From Candidatus Bathyarchaeota archaeon (GTDB lineage Archaea > Thermoproteota > Bathyarchaeia > Bathyarchaeales > DTEX01), in contig JAGTRG010000004.1 in assembly GCA_018396435.1 (NCBI GenBank), positions 1 through 51,023 of the forward strand: DNA of 51,023 nt, in the 5' to 3' direction. The first letter of the stretch is position 1. Every line of letters starts with the position of its first letter. Shown here piece after piece: positions 26,783-36,751 of the stretch. The notes beneath the pieces are model-generated. The model was not told the DNA's origin. It worked only from the letters and a program-made list of their open reading frames with translations, and did no database searches. Made by a program: the position numbers and the translations under genes.

Positions 26783-28165
26783 TCATTGCTTAATATGCCC
26801 AATCTTTTCCAAAATTATATTCTCAGCATAGGATGCTATTTCCCTTAATTTTTCCTCATTTTTCGCCTCCACTGTCAGCCTTATCAATGGCTGCGTATTT
26901 GATGGCCTTATTAAAAACCATCCATCTTCAAGAATTACTTTCACCCCGTCAAGGGTTACTGTTTCATGCCCAGAATTCTTAAAGTCCTCAGCCAATTCCT
27001 CAACCACCATAAACTTCTTCTCATCTGGACAACTGTAATTTTTTACTGGTATCTGCGGATACTTCGGTAGGGAATCAACTATCTCTGAAAGCCTTAAGCC
27101 CTCTTCCGATATAGCTTCAGCCACTTTCAGACTCGCATATATGGCATCGTCAAAGCTGTGTATATCTCTAAAGTAGAAGTGCCCGCTTGTCTCCCCGCCT
27201 AATACAGCGTTCTCCTTAATCATTTTTTCATAAATATATGTATGTCCGACCCGGCTTAAAATGGGCCTTCCACCATAAGCCTTTATCGTCTCCTCAACAA
27301 TCATTGAGCAGCTAACTTCGTAAACTACCGCTGCACCCCTATGCTTTCTAAGAAGGTGCCTTGAAAGCATGGTTAAAACGGCGTTGCTTGGAACAATTCT
27401 GCCCTCATCATCTATGAAAACCGCTCTGTCCCCATCTCCATCAAAGCCAACTCCGAAATCGGCATGCTTCTCCAGGATAAGCGTCCTTAGCTCGTTTAAC
27501 GTGCGCTCATCCGGCTCCGGAGGATGCTTAGAGAATGAGCCGTTAGGCTCACCGTAAATTACATGAGCATTTAAACCTGCCCTTTCAAAAGCTCTCGGTA
27601 TCAGCACAGCGCATGATCCGCCCCCAGGATCAGCGATAACCGTAAGGGGCTCTCCAATATCCACCTTTTCTGAAATATAATCTTCATAGTCGGGAATGAC
27701 CTTCGGATTAACTTTAACGGTTCCCATCTTCGCACTTTGGAAGGCTTCTTTAATGGCTATATCCCTCAGATCCTCCATACCCATGCCCATGCAAACAAAA
27801 CCCTTGCTGAGCAGTATTTTAAAACCATTCCATTCGGGCGGATTATGAGATGCTGAAACCATGACGCCGCCATCCTTACTATAATGCATCGTGGCGAAGT
27901 ACAGTAGGGGTGTTGTTACGGTGCCCACGTCCTCCACATCTAAGCCTCCAGATACCATGCCCTCTATAAGCGCGTCGCCTAGAGGCTTGCTGCTTAATCG
28001 CACATCTTTACCAACAATGAAAGTTTTGCCTCCACCGCCAACATACGTTGCTATCGCCCTACCTATCAGCTTAGCCGCATCGGCATCCAGATCCAAGCCA
28101 TAGATCCCACGTATATCGTAGGCTCTAAAAATTCTCTCCGAAATCATAAGGTCATTCACCGCCAT
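26783..28165 (-). CDS. phosphoglucomutase / phosphomannomutase / phosphoglucosamine mutase family enzyme
   Basis: Active-site Ser loop VSASHNPPEWNGFK, metal loop GFDGDGDRAVF, sugar loop GGETSGH. 460 aa. Confidence 0.9.
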   Translation of the reverse strand: MAVNDLMISERIFRAYDIRGIYGLDLDADAAKLIGRAIATYVGGGGKTFIVGKDVRLSSKPLGDALIEGMVSGGLDVEDVGTVTTPLLYFATMHYSKDGGVMVSASHNPPEWNGFKILLSKGFVCMGMGMEDLRDIAIKEAFQSAKMGTVKVNPKVIPDYEDYISEKVDIGEPLTVIADPGGGSCAVLIPRAFERAGLNAHVIYGEPNGSFSKHPPEPDERTLNELRTLILEKHADFGVGFDGDGDRAVFIDDEGRIVPSNAVLTMLSRHLLRKHRGAAVVYEVSCSMIVEETIKAYGGRPILSRVGHTYIYEKMIKENAVLGGETSGHFYFRDIHSFDDAIYASLKVAEAISEEGLRLSEIVDSLPKYPQIPVKNYSCPDEKKFMVVEELAEDFKNSGHETVTLDGVKVILEDGWFLIRPSNTQPLIRLTVEAKNEEKLREIASYAENIILEKIGHIKQ

Positions 28166-28269
28166 AAAATAATTCTATAAGAAAATTATTAAGGTTTCCA
28201 TGCGGACAAATTTTATATATTTACATCCGGCAGAGCCTTTAAGCGATCAAAGATGGAGGTATAAGCCTC

Positions 28270-28695
28270 ATGGAGATTGTTGAGGAGGTTTTTGCATTCG
28301 GACACAGCCTTATAAGGTCGACGCATAAAACAACCTTTGAAATAACGAAGGATGAGCATCTAACTGAGAAAGGAGACTGCATAATAGCCGTAAAAGCCAA
28401 TAAATCTGCAAGGGATCTAAGTCGCGAGTTTAAGGAGGCTGCTAAAAAACCAAATTCAGAGATAAAAATAATTATAGAGGTTGAAGGCGATGTGGAAATC
28501 GTTAAGGCTTTCGGTAGCCCATACTTAACATTCACACATCCGACAGAAATGGTTGTGAGGAAAAGCAGCTATATGTGCGATAGAACGATAGCTATAAAGG
28601 CCAGTAAGGCCGCATGCGACCTGTCAAGGGAGATCGTCAGGAAGCTCCAAAATCCGGATCAAAAAATTAATATAACCCTAATATCCAGGTTCTAA
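28270..28695 (+). CDS. DUF371 domain protein
   Basis: AFGHSLIRSTHKTTFEITKDEHLTEKGDCIIAVKANKSARDL, with an internal repeat AFGSPYLTFTHPTEMVVRKSSYMCDRTIAIKASKAACDL. Matches my memory of archaeal DUF371. Confidence 0.6.
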   Translation: MEIVEEVFAFGHSLIRSTHKTTFEITKDEHLTEKGDCIIAVKANKSARDLSREFKEAAKKPNSEIKIIIEVEGDVEIVKAFGSPYLTFTHPTEMVVRKSSYMCDRTIAIKASKAACDLSREIVRKLQNPDQKINITLISRF

Positions 28696-28705
28696 AAGCG
28701 GATTT

Positions 28706-29050
28706 TCATCGAAGAGCACTCTCAAATTCACTTGGGCTATAACATCTTACGCCGTAGGATAATGCTCTTTTTCTTGCTTTCTCCGAAATGCTCTTTGAGA
28801 TAAGTATGGGCACAACGATCACGCCGAGCCTTTCTTCAAGCAAATGCCTAATATATTCATCAAAGTCCCTTTTAGTTTGGGTGACAGCGCTAGGCCCTGC
28901 TGGGGAGGAGTAATCCTTAACTTGAACAACAAGCACCAAGCCTCCCCTACTGATGATAAGATCCTGAATCCGGCTTCCATGCCTCTTCCTAAGCTCGACA
29001 TGCCAACCATTAGCCTTAGCTTTCTCAGCAACCTCCTCCTCTAAACCCAA
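28706..29050 (-). CDS. small PD-(D/E)xK nuclease-fold protein (Mrr_cat / Hjc-like)
   Basis: 114 aa: E-x-EVAEKAKANGWHVE...IQDLIISRGG..LVVQVKDY gives an E...D...Q-V-K core like restriction-endonuclease Mrr catalytic domains. No partner methylase or ATPase is adjacent. Confidence 0.5.
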   Translation of the reverse strand: MGLEEEVAEKAKANGWHVELRKRHGSRIQDLIISRGGLVLVVQVKDYSSPAGPSAVTQTKRDFDEYIRHLLEERLGVIVVPILISKSISEKARKRALSYGVRCYSPSEFESALR

Positions 29051-29346
29051 TGAAAAAGCACCTCACACTCTTCTGCTATAGTATTGATGAGTTAACTAAA
29101 AATCACCACATCATTTAAAAAGATTTGCATAAAAACCCCAGCGGTCCATATATGCCTCAGATACCCCAGGGTCCCTCATAAATCAGGATTATGGCTCTCG
29201 TCATCGGCGAAATAAGAATGCATTATCCCAAAAATAAATTTTTACCCCAACGCGGCCTCAAGCTATTGGAGAAAAATGTCTAGTAATAGAAAAATATTAA
29301 TCTTTCAGGGAAATTTCGGATCATGATGAATGAAGGGTAAAGTTTT

Positions 29347-30543
29347 ATGCGGGAAGTCAACAAGCTATTTAAGGCATTTTTGGTCATGGGATTAATTTTT
29401 GGATTTCTCACTTTATTCATAGTAGCGCAAAAATATTTTATGGTGAATAGAAATGTTATTGAGGAGGAAATAAAAAGATTGTTAAGAACTAGGGTTGAGG
29501 GGAAAGAGTTCCTTGTTGGTGGGGATATTTCCGCCTTACGTAAAATTGAGGAAATGGGCGGATCATTCTTCGATGAGGGAAAAATCAGCGATGCAATCCT
29601 AATCATGAGGAAGCATGGGGCGAACTGTTTCCGCCTACGACTTTTTGTAAATCCGCCTTATACTGACGTTGTGGTTAATGATTTACCATACACGATAGAT
29701 CTTGCTAAGCGAATTAAGAAAAGCGGGGCGAAACTGCTTCTCGATCTCCATTACAGCGATACATGGGCTGATCCGGGGAAGCAATTTAAACCTGAAGCTT
29801 GGAGAAATTTGGAATTTGAGGGATTAGTTGAAAAAGTTTATAGCTACACATATGACTGCATCAGAACTATGAAGGATGAGGGAGTACTCCCAGACATAGT
29901 TCAGCCGGGAAATGAGGTAACGAACGGAATGCTTTGGCCTGACGGTAAACTTTACGACGTAGGCGACCCTGAGCAACAATGGGGTAAATTTACACGTCTA
30001 CTCAAAGCCGCCATTCAAGGAATTAAAGACGGCGCAGGAGAGGACAAAGTTAAAATTTTAATTCATATTGACCGCGGGGGAGATTGGGCGGGGACAAAAT
30101 TTTTCTTTGAAAACCTTGAGAAGCACAACGTTTCCTACGATATCATTGGCTTAAGCTACTATCCATGGTGGCACGGTACCATGTATGCTTTACGAGAAAC
30201 CCTGAATAACGCTGCAACACGCTTTGACAAGGATATCCTAGTGGTGGAAACAGCATATCCACATCGCAGCATCGACTTTAGTCAAGTTGAGTACGCTAAT
30301 CCTGAATATATGGAGTGGCCGATGAGCCCTGAGGGGCAGAGATCATTCCTCGCTGAGATCGTCCTTTCGGTTCTTAAAACACCTAATGACCTAGGTCTGG
30401 GGGTTCTTTGGTGGTATCCTGAGTCTATACCAGTAAGCGGACTTAATGCATGGTTTGGAGGAGACAATGCGCTATTTGATGAGAAAGGAAACGTTCTGCC
30501 AGCTATGGGGGTATTTAAGATTTTCAGCGAACCTGAGGAATAA
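29347..30543 (+). CDS. glycoside hydrolase family 53 arabinogalactan endo-beta-1,4-galactanase, N-terminal membrane anchor
   Basis: GH53 blocks FRLRLFVNP, DLHYSDTWADPGKQ, VQPGNEVTNGMLWP (acid/base E), IGLSYYPWWHG, VVETAYP (nucleophile E) and GVLWWYPE. N-terminal helix AFLVMGLIFGFLTLFIV. Confidence 0.9.
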   Translation: MREVNKLFKAFLVMGLIFGFLTLFIVAQKYFMVNRNVIEEEIKRLLRTRVEGKEFLVGGDISALRKIEEMGGSFFDEGKISDAILIMRKHGANCFRLRLFVNPPYTDVVVNDLPYTIDLAKRIKKSGAKLLLDLHYSDTWADPGKQFKPEAWRNLEFEGLVEKVYSYTYDCIRTMKDEGVLPDIVQPGNEVTNGMLWPDGKLYDVGDPEQQWGKFTRLLKAAIQGIKDGAGEDKVKILIHIDRGGDWAGTKFFFENLEKHNVSYDIIGLSYYPWWHGTMYALRETLNNAATRFDKDILVVETAYPHRSIDFSQVEYANPEYMEWPMSPEGQRSFLAEIVLSVLKTPNDLGLGVLWWYPESIPVSGLNAWFGGDNALFDEKGNVLPAMGVFKIFSEPEE

Positions 30544-30645
30544 TAGTGGTCATCAGCATAAGTAGCAGAATACATCCTCTTCCCGGTTCTGAAAATGAAA
30601 CTTTTAATTATAAAAGTTGGGAAATGATTAGAAAAAACGATTATT

Positions 30646-31602
30646 TCAATTCTTACTGGATTTGAGCGCCCTATTTAGTTCTTTGATAAACTCATCAAAT
30701 TTTTCCTCAGGGATCCTCGCTCCAGCCGCTAAAGGATGGCCGCCTCCACTTCCACCCAATTTCTGCGCTATACGGCGCAGCATGCTATTCAAATCTATGC
30801 TTCTATCACATGCCCTCAGACTCATGTCTATTGTTCCCTTCCTTCTCTCTCCAGCCACCCCCACAATAGAGTTACTCAGCGCCCTGACATATGTAGACGT
30901 TTTTCCAAGCGAAAATTGCACATCAATCGCATAGGCAACTAGTCCACACACATGAATACGCTCACTCAAAGTTTTGATCAGCTCCTCTTCTCTACGCGTG
31001 TTTTCAATGGCTGATTCTAGAAGTTTCAGATGGGTGTCCGGCGGATCATTTTTGGCAAGGTGAGCAACCACGCTGCGCTTAAAGTCATGATTTCTCTTTT
31101 GCCCTTCAATCCCTTGAACGAGGATCCCAGTCTCGAAGTATAACGTCCTTTTATCCCATCTGTGAAGCAGATCGCATATAACCGGCGTGTCATCCAGATA
31201 GTCTGCTATGGCGCCATAAATTGCAACCCTGCTTAGAAGAGGGCTGATCTTCTCATGGAAAAATATGTATGTTAACTCTGAAGCTGAGGAGTTTAGGCTG
31301 TGGATAACTTTTCCCGGGATATCCTTATATGATAAGCCTTCCGGTAAGGGGTGATGGTCGATATATGTGAGCCCGCCGAGATCACTAAGCACTGAAAAAC
31401 TATTTAGAATCATCTGAAGATTATCCTCAGGAAGGGCTATATCGCATATTATTACGTCATCGCCCTCTCCGGCATTTCCAAGATCCTCCAGAAGCCCATG
31501 GGGATGCGTAAAGAAAACCTTTGCATTGGGATTGGCAGCCAAAGCCAACGCGCCAGAACATATGCCATCACCATCGCTATGCGTAAAAATCCAATCCACC
31601 AT
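30646..31602 (-). CDS. DHH-family phosphoesterase
   Basis: Motifs THSDGDGICS, ICDIA, IDHH and GGGHPLAAG (DHHA1-like). 318 aa. Confidence 0.8.
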   Translation of the reverse strand: MVDWIFTHSDGDGICSGALALAANPNAKVFFTHPHGLLEDLGNAGEGDDVIICDIALPEDNLQMILNSFSVLSDLGGLTYIDHHPLPEGLSYKDIPGKVIHSLNSSASELTYIFFHEKISPLLSRVAIYGAIADYLDDTPVICDLLHRWDKRTLYFETGILVQGIEGQKRNHDFKRSVVAHLAKNDPPDTHLKLLESAIENTRREEELIKTLSERIHVCGLVAYAIDVQFSLGKTSTYVRALSNSIVGVAGERRKGTIDMSLRACDRSIDLNSMLRRIAQKLGGSGGGHPLAAGARIPEEKFDEFIKELNRALKSSKN

Positions 31603-31710
31603 ATGTGACCACTCTGGCTGATAAAGCTGATAATAACGGGCATTTTAATAATTTTCAGCAAGACTTATTAACCATTTTACTCAAAAAATGTCCTCAATTT
31701 CCAGGAGCGC

Positions 31711-32247
31711 ATGTATCCAGTGGGCGAGCCTGAAGAGGAATATCTATATGTTGTCGATGAAAATGATGAGGTTCTCGGCAGGGCTGCTAGAAGCAAATGT
31801 CATCAAGAAGGGCTCATTCACAGATCGGTATACGTGATAGTTATTAATGATAAGGGAGAGATATTTTTGCAGAAGCGCTCAATGAGAAAGGAGCTTTATC
31901 CGGGTTATTACGCTTGCTCAGCAACAGGGCACGTTGAGCATGGGGAGATCTACGAGGAAGCTGCCAAGAGAGAAATGAAGGAGGAGCTTGGCATAGAGGC
32001 TCCATTAAAGGAGATATGCAAGTTCAAATGCTTCTCTGAAGAGGAACGCGAAATCTCAGTCCTCTACCTATGTAGGTATGATGGACAGATTGAGCCAAAC
32101 GCTGAGGAGATCTCCGAGGGGGAATTCCTAAGTATTGAGGATATTAGAGCAGTATTAATGAACGGTGGGAGAAAAATCGCATACGGTTCGATAATAGCTC
32201 TTAGAGAATTCTTAAAATATTTGGATAATAGCCCATTGGAGGCTTAG
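31711..32247 (+). CDS. Nudix hydrolase (IDI-like subgroup)
   Basis: Nudix box GHVEHGEIYEEAAKREMKEELGI, preceded by GLIHRSVYVIVINDKGEIFLQKRS. Confidence 0.8.
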   Translation: MYPVGEPEEEYLYVVDENDEVLGRAARSKCHQEGLIHRSVYVIVINDKGEIFLQKRSMRKELYPGYYACSATGHVEHGEIYEEAAKREMKEELGIEAPLKEICKFKCFSEEEREISVLYLCRYDGQIEPNAEEISEGEFLSIEDIRAVLMNGGRKIAYGSIIALREFLKYLDNSPLEA

Positions 32248-32249
32248 GG

Positions 32250-33392
32250 ATGCTTGAGGGACCTAGGGCAGCAAAACCTGAAGAACTCCCTGAGATAGTT
32301 AATCTCGCAAACCAGATTTTCATGCTTCCATATGGTTTTCCGCCAATAATGGGCGATACATTCCCGCACATGTTTAATAAGAATAATCTTGACAATCTAA
32401 GGGTGATTGTTAAGGATAACCGTGTCGTTTCGCATGTCGGCATATGGGAGGGTCGCCTTCTAATATGCGGTTCATGGTTTAACGTTGGCATGATAGGATC
32501 AGTATGCACCCATGAGGGTTATAGACAAAAGGGTTATGCCTCAGCCCTATTTGCGGATGCCCTAAATAAAATGAAGAAAGACGGAATGGATTTCGTTATG
32601 ATTTCGGGCGATAGAGGGCTTTATAGGCGCTTTGGATGCTTCAAATCCGGGATAGTTTACTTGTATAATATTGCGTCACCGATTAAGTTGACCGCTGAAG
32701 AAGATTTCGAAATAATTGTTTGCAATAATAACCACATTAATGATATCGCTGTAATCTATCAAAGGGAACCAATCAGATATGGGCGCAGTTTAGAAGACTT
32801 TCGGATGCTCACTAAATTTTTCATTACACCACCTAAATATAAGGATTTACAGCCCAGGATTTACTTAGCTATGATTGATGATGAACCATTGGCATATGTC
32901 GCCGCATCTTCATTTTCAAAAATGGATCGTTTGAAAATATGGGAGTATGCGGGTTCAAGAATCTACATTTTACGTTTAATTGCCCATATACTTGAAAGCG
33001 AGCAGCCTAACCGCATTGAACTAGCGGTGCCGTTTCAAGATGTAGAACTATTAAGATTTTTAGAGAAATACGGGTTAAGAGAACCCTCCCCGGACTCTGA
33101 GGCAAACATGCTCATATTAAATCCCGGACTCTTCTTTGAGAAGGCTAAAACCTACCTGATTGAAAAGGTTGGCGCCGAAATAGTCTCCGAAATTAACGTT
33201 AAGGACTATGATGAGAAGATTAAAGTATCCATAAAGGACGATTCTTTAATTCTTGAGCCGGCGGATTTTACATTACTATTCTTCAATTCGCCTGAAAATG
33301 AGAGATCCCGAGTGAAGATTGAGCCTATAATGAAGCTTTTAAGTGGAGCTCTACCACTACCCACGCCGGTTTATGGAATTAATTATATCTGA
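32250..33392 (+). CDS. GNAT-family N-acetyltransferase, Eis-like three-domain architecture
   Basis: 380 aa. The acetyl-CoA loop region VCTHEGYRQKGYASALFADALNKMKKDG, the length and the C-terminal extension resemble Eis-type GNATs. The start is 2 nt after the Nudix stop. Confidence 0.6.
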   Translation: MLEGPRAAKPEELPEIVNLANQIFMLPYGFPPIMGDTFPHMFNKNNLDNLRVIVKDNRVVSHVGIWEGRLLICGSWFNVGMIGSVCTHEGYRQKGYASALFADALNKMKKDGMDFVMISGDRGLYRRFGCFKSGIVYLYNIASPIKLTAEEDFEIIVCNNNHINDIAVIYQREPIRYGRSLEDFRMLTKFFITPPKYKDLQPRIYLAMIDDEPLAYVAASSFSKMDRLKIWEYAGSRIYILRLIAHILESEQPNRIELAVPFQDVELLRFLEKYGLREPSPDSEANMLILNPGLFFEKAKTYLIEKVGAEIVSEINVKDYDEKIKVSIKDDSLILEPADFTLLFFNSPENERSRVKIEPIMKLLSGALPLPTPVYGINYI

Positions 33393-33443
33393 CATTTTAT
33401 TTTTAGGTGGAAGAGGGCACCGTTCAAACCTGCAGTTTTTAGG

Positions 33444-34910
33444 CTACTCTTCCTCCCTCAGATGAGCGAGTTCAGCTTCCAGATTTACTACGGTTGCTTT
33501 TTGAAGCAGCGTCTCCCAAGGCTCATCGCGTATTGTCACAAGCCCAAAGTTGCTGTTCTCCCCATCGAACCTTCCCTCATAAGGCTGGTCGCTGTACTGG
33601 AACCAGTGATAGCCGATAATGAAGGGCTGCTTGATCATGGCTTTAACATACTCCTCATAATATTTTGCTCTTTCCGCCTGCGTCTTGACTGGTACGCCTG
33701 CTCCCTTACTATTCGGAAGCCCTGAATCCATCGCTTTAAAAGAAAACTCCGTTATCATTATTGGCAAACATGTTATCCTATAAATTTCCTTTAGATCCAT
33801 AATTTTCAATTCAAGATCATTGCTGTAGGGGTTTGTATAACAGTTAACTGAGACAACGTCAGTATAGCCAATGGAGCCATAAAGAACCTCATTAGGCGGC
33901 TTATATGCAAATCGGCATCCAAGAATCAAATGATTGGGATCGTATTTTTTAATAATATTATAGGTTAACTTGAAGTATTGCTCAGCAATAATCCTTAGGA
34001 AGCCTCGCCTATCATCGTCAACGGCCGATGTCTTCGGAGCCTGCCTCTCCAAAAGGAGATCATCAAATGAGGAGAAGATGGTTCGCCAGGCCCTATTCAG
34101 CGAGGATATTTCTCCATATTTTTCCCTAAGAAACTTTACAAGGGCTTTTTTGCCCTCCGCTTCCGGCGGAAGGAGCATGTAATCGTCGAATAGTTCGTTG
34201 CTTGACCTCCAATCAGCTGCCCACCTAAGTTCATTATCGATGAAGTATCCAATCAGATACTTATCATCCCGTCTAGGTGCACATTCTTCCCTCGCGATCT
34301 TCTCAGCCGCCTCCTCAAACTCCCGTGAGAAATAATCCGCAACGTTTCCAATCAGCCAGCTTGCTCCAGCATTGAGGGCTATGTTAAGGATAATTGTATA
34401 GGGTATGCCTTTGTTATATGTTTCTCTGCTTGACCATGCGCCTATAGTGTTAAACCCCCACTTTCTAAGTCTGCTGACAGCCTCCTCGGCCCACTTATCG
34501 GCTGAACCATACTTTTCAGAGACATATCTATTGTATGGGCTGTAACCAAGAGATGGGGAATCATCCCCCCAATAATCCACATGATTAACCCCCTTAGATA
34601 TGAATAGGTTGCCCTCCGGATCGATAAGCCAAAATTTTCCGTAAATCTTCTCTACATGAAAGAAGCCTGTTGCATTTCCATGCAAGTAAGTAACACCTCC
34701 ATAATCATCATATAGTAAACTTAATATTTGAAGTGATAAATCGGTATAAGATTTTTGGAGCTTAATAATCTCATTATACATTGATGAAAGTTCTTCATTA
34801 AGCCGGAAAATAGTGTAGAGTAAAATAGCGTTGAAGGAGATAATAGCGACAAGAACAATTATTAGGATAAGCGTTAGGGGACTAATAAATTTTCGTTTTT
34901 CTCTTTCCAT
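33444..34910 (-). CDS. clan GH-A (TIM-barrel) glycoside hydrolase, family unassigned (GH42/GH50-like), N-terminal membrane anchor
   Basis: 488 aa. N-terminal helix PLTLILIIVLVAIISFNAILLYTIF plus heptad-like LNEELSSMYNEIIKLQKSYTDLSLQI. Candidate acid/base in GYFIDNELRW, nucleophile in MITEFSFKA, and a C-terminal block GYHWFQYSDQPYEGRFDGENSNFGLV. Confidence 0.6.
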   Translation of the reverse strand: MEREKRKFISPLTLILIIVLVAIISFNAILLYTIFRLNEELSSMYNEIIKLQKSYTDLSLQILSLLYDDYGGVTYLHGNATGFFHVEKIYGKFWLIDPEGNLFISKGVNHVDYWGDDSPSLGYSPYNRYVSEKYGSADKWAEEAVSRLRKWGFNTIGAWSSRETYNKGIPYTIILNIALNAGASWLIGNVADYFSREFEEAAEKIAREECAPRRDDKYLIGYFIDNELRWAADWRSSNELFDDYMLLPPEAEGKKALVKFLREKYGEISSLNRAWRTIFSSFDDLLLERQAPKTSAVDDDRRGFLRIIAEQYFKLTYNIIKKYDPNHLILGCRFAYKPPNEVLYGSIGYTDVVSVNCYTNPYSNDLELKIMDLKEIYRITCLPIMITEFSFKAMDSGLPNSKGAGVPVKTQAERAKYYEEYVKAMIKQPFIIGYHWFQYSDQPYEGRFDGENSNFGLVTIRDEPWETLLQKATVVNLEAELAHLREEE

Positions 34911-35023
34911 ACCGAGACTTCACCATAACTTATTTAGGCATTTAGACGCTTAAGCTCAAGATGCTTAGAAATTTTAAGGTAGAAGGATCTGCCCACATCT
35001 CTTTTAGAGAGCATTAGTTCACA

Positions 35024-36004
<981 letters not shown>

Positions 36005-36046
36005 TTAACTCTAATTTTTTGATCAATTTAGGTAAAGTTTATATAA

Positions 36047-36673
36047 TTGAATATCAAAAATGATATCAAAGGCGATAATATGTTTGACCCTCTACCTCCA
36101 CATGATGAAATCTACGGTCCGCCGCATATGCCATGGAGGAACATTAGGAGACACATTGCATGCGTTCCAAAGGGTTTTTTGAGATATCACGTGCTTAGGC
36201 TTTTAAAGGAGAGGCCCATGTCAGGATCTGAGATTATGGAGGCCATTGAGAGGGAGACTCATGGCTCTTGGAAACCTAGCCCAGGCTCAATCTATCCGCT
36301 TTTAGCATGGTTGCAGGACAATGGTTATATCAGCGAGGTTTCAAGAGGAGAGGGCGGAGTGAAGCGTTACACCATAACTGAGCAAGGGCTGAAGTTTCTC
36401 GAGGAACATGAAAAAATGCGTGAAAAGATGGGGAAGATGGTTTTCATGTTCGGTCTTCCTCCACCACCCTGGCCTATGCCACATGTTGAAAGACCAGGCG
36501 ATCTTGAAAGGTCTCTTGGGCGGATCATTGGGGCACTTGCAGATCTAAGAGGCGCTCTTGAAAGGCATCTAAGCGAGCAGGAAATTAAGGAAATCATGGA
36601 TTCCTTAAATGATGCAACTGAGAAAATTGAAGCCCTAACCAAGAAAATCAGAGAAAAACGTGGTCAGGCATAA
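36047..36673 (+). CDS. PadR-family transcriptional regulator
   Basis: LRYHVLRLLKERPMSGSEIMEAIERETHGSWKPSPGSIYPLLAWLQDNGYISE plus a C-terminal helical tail. The ATG at 36080 is a likelier start than the TTG at 36047. Confidence 0.8.
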   Translation: MNIKNDIKGDNMFDPLPPHDEIYGPPHMPWRNIRRHIACVPKGFLRYHVLRLLKERPMSGSEIMEAIERETHGSWKPSPGSIYPLLAWLQDNGYISEVSRGEGGVKRYTITEQGLKFLEEHEKMREKMGKMVFMFGLPPPPWPMPHVERPGDLERSLGRIIGALADLRGALERHLSEQEIKEIMDSLNDATEKIEALTKKIREKRGQA

Positions 36674-36751
36674 TAATGTAAGTTAAATAGAGTTTATATC
36701 AAAATTAATCTTTATCTTTTTTAATCGCATCAAATCCGCAGAGGCATAGAC

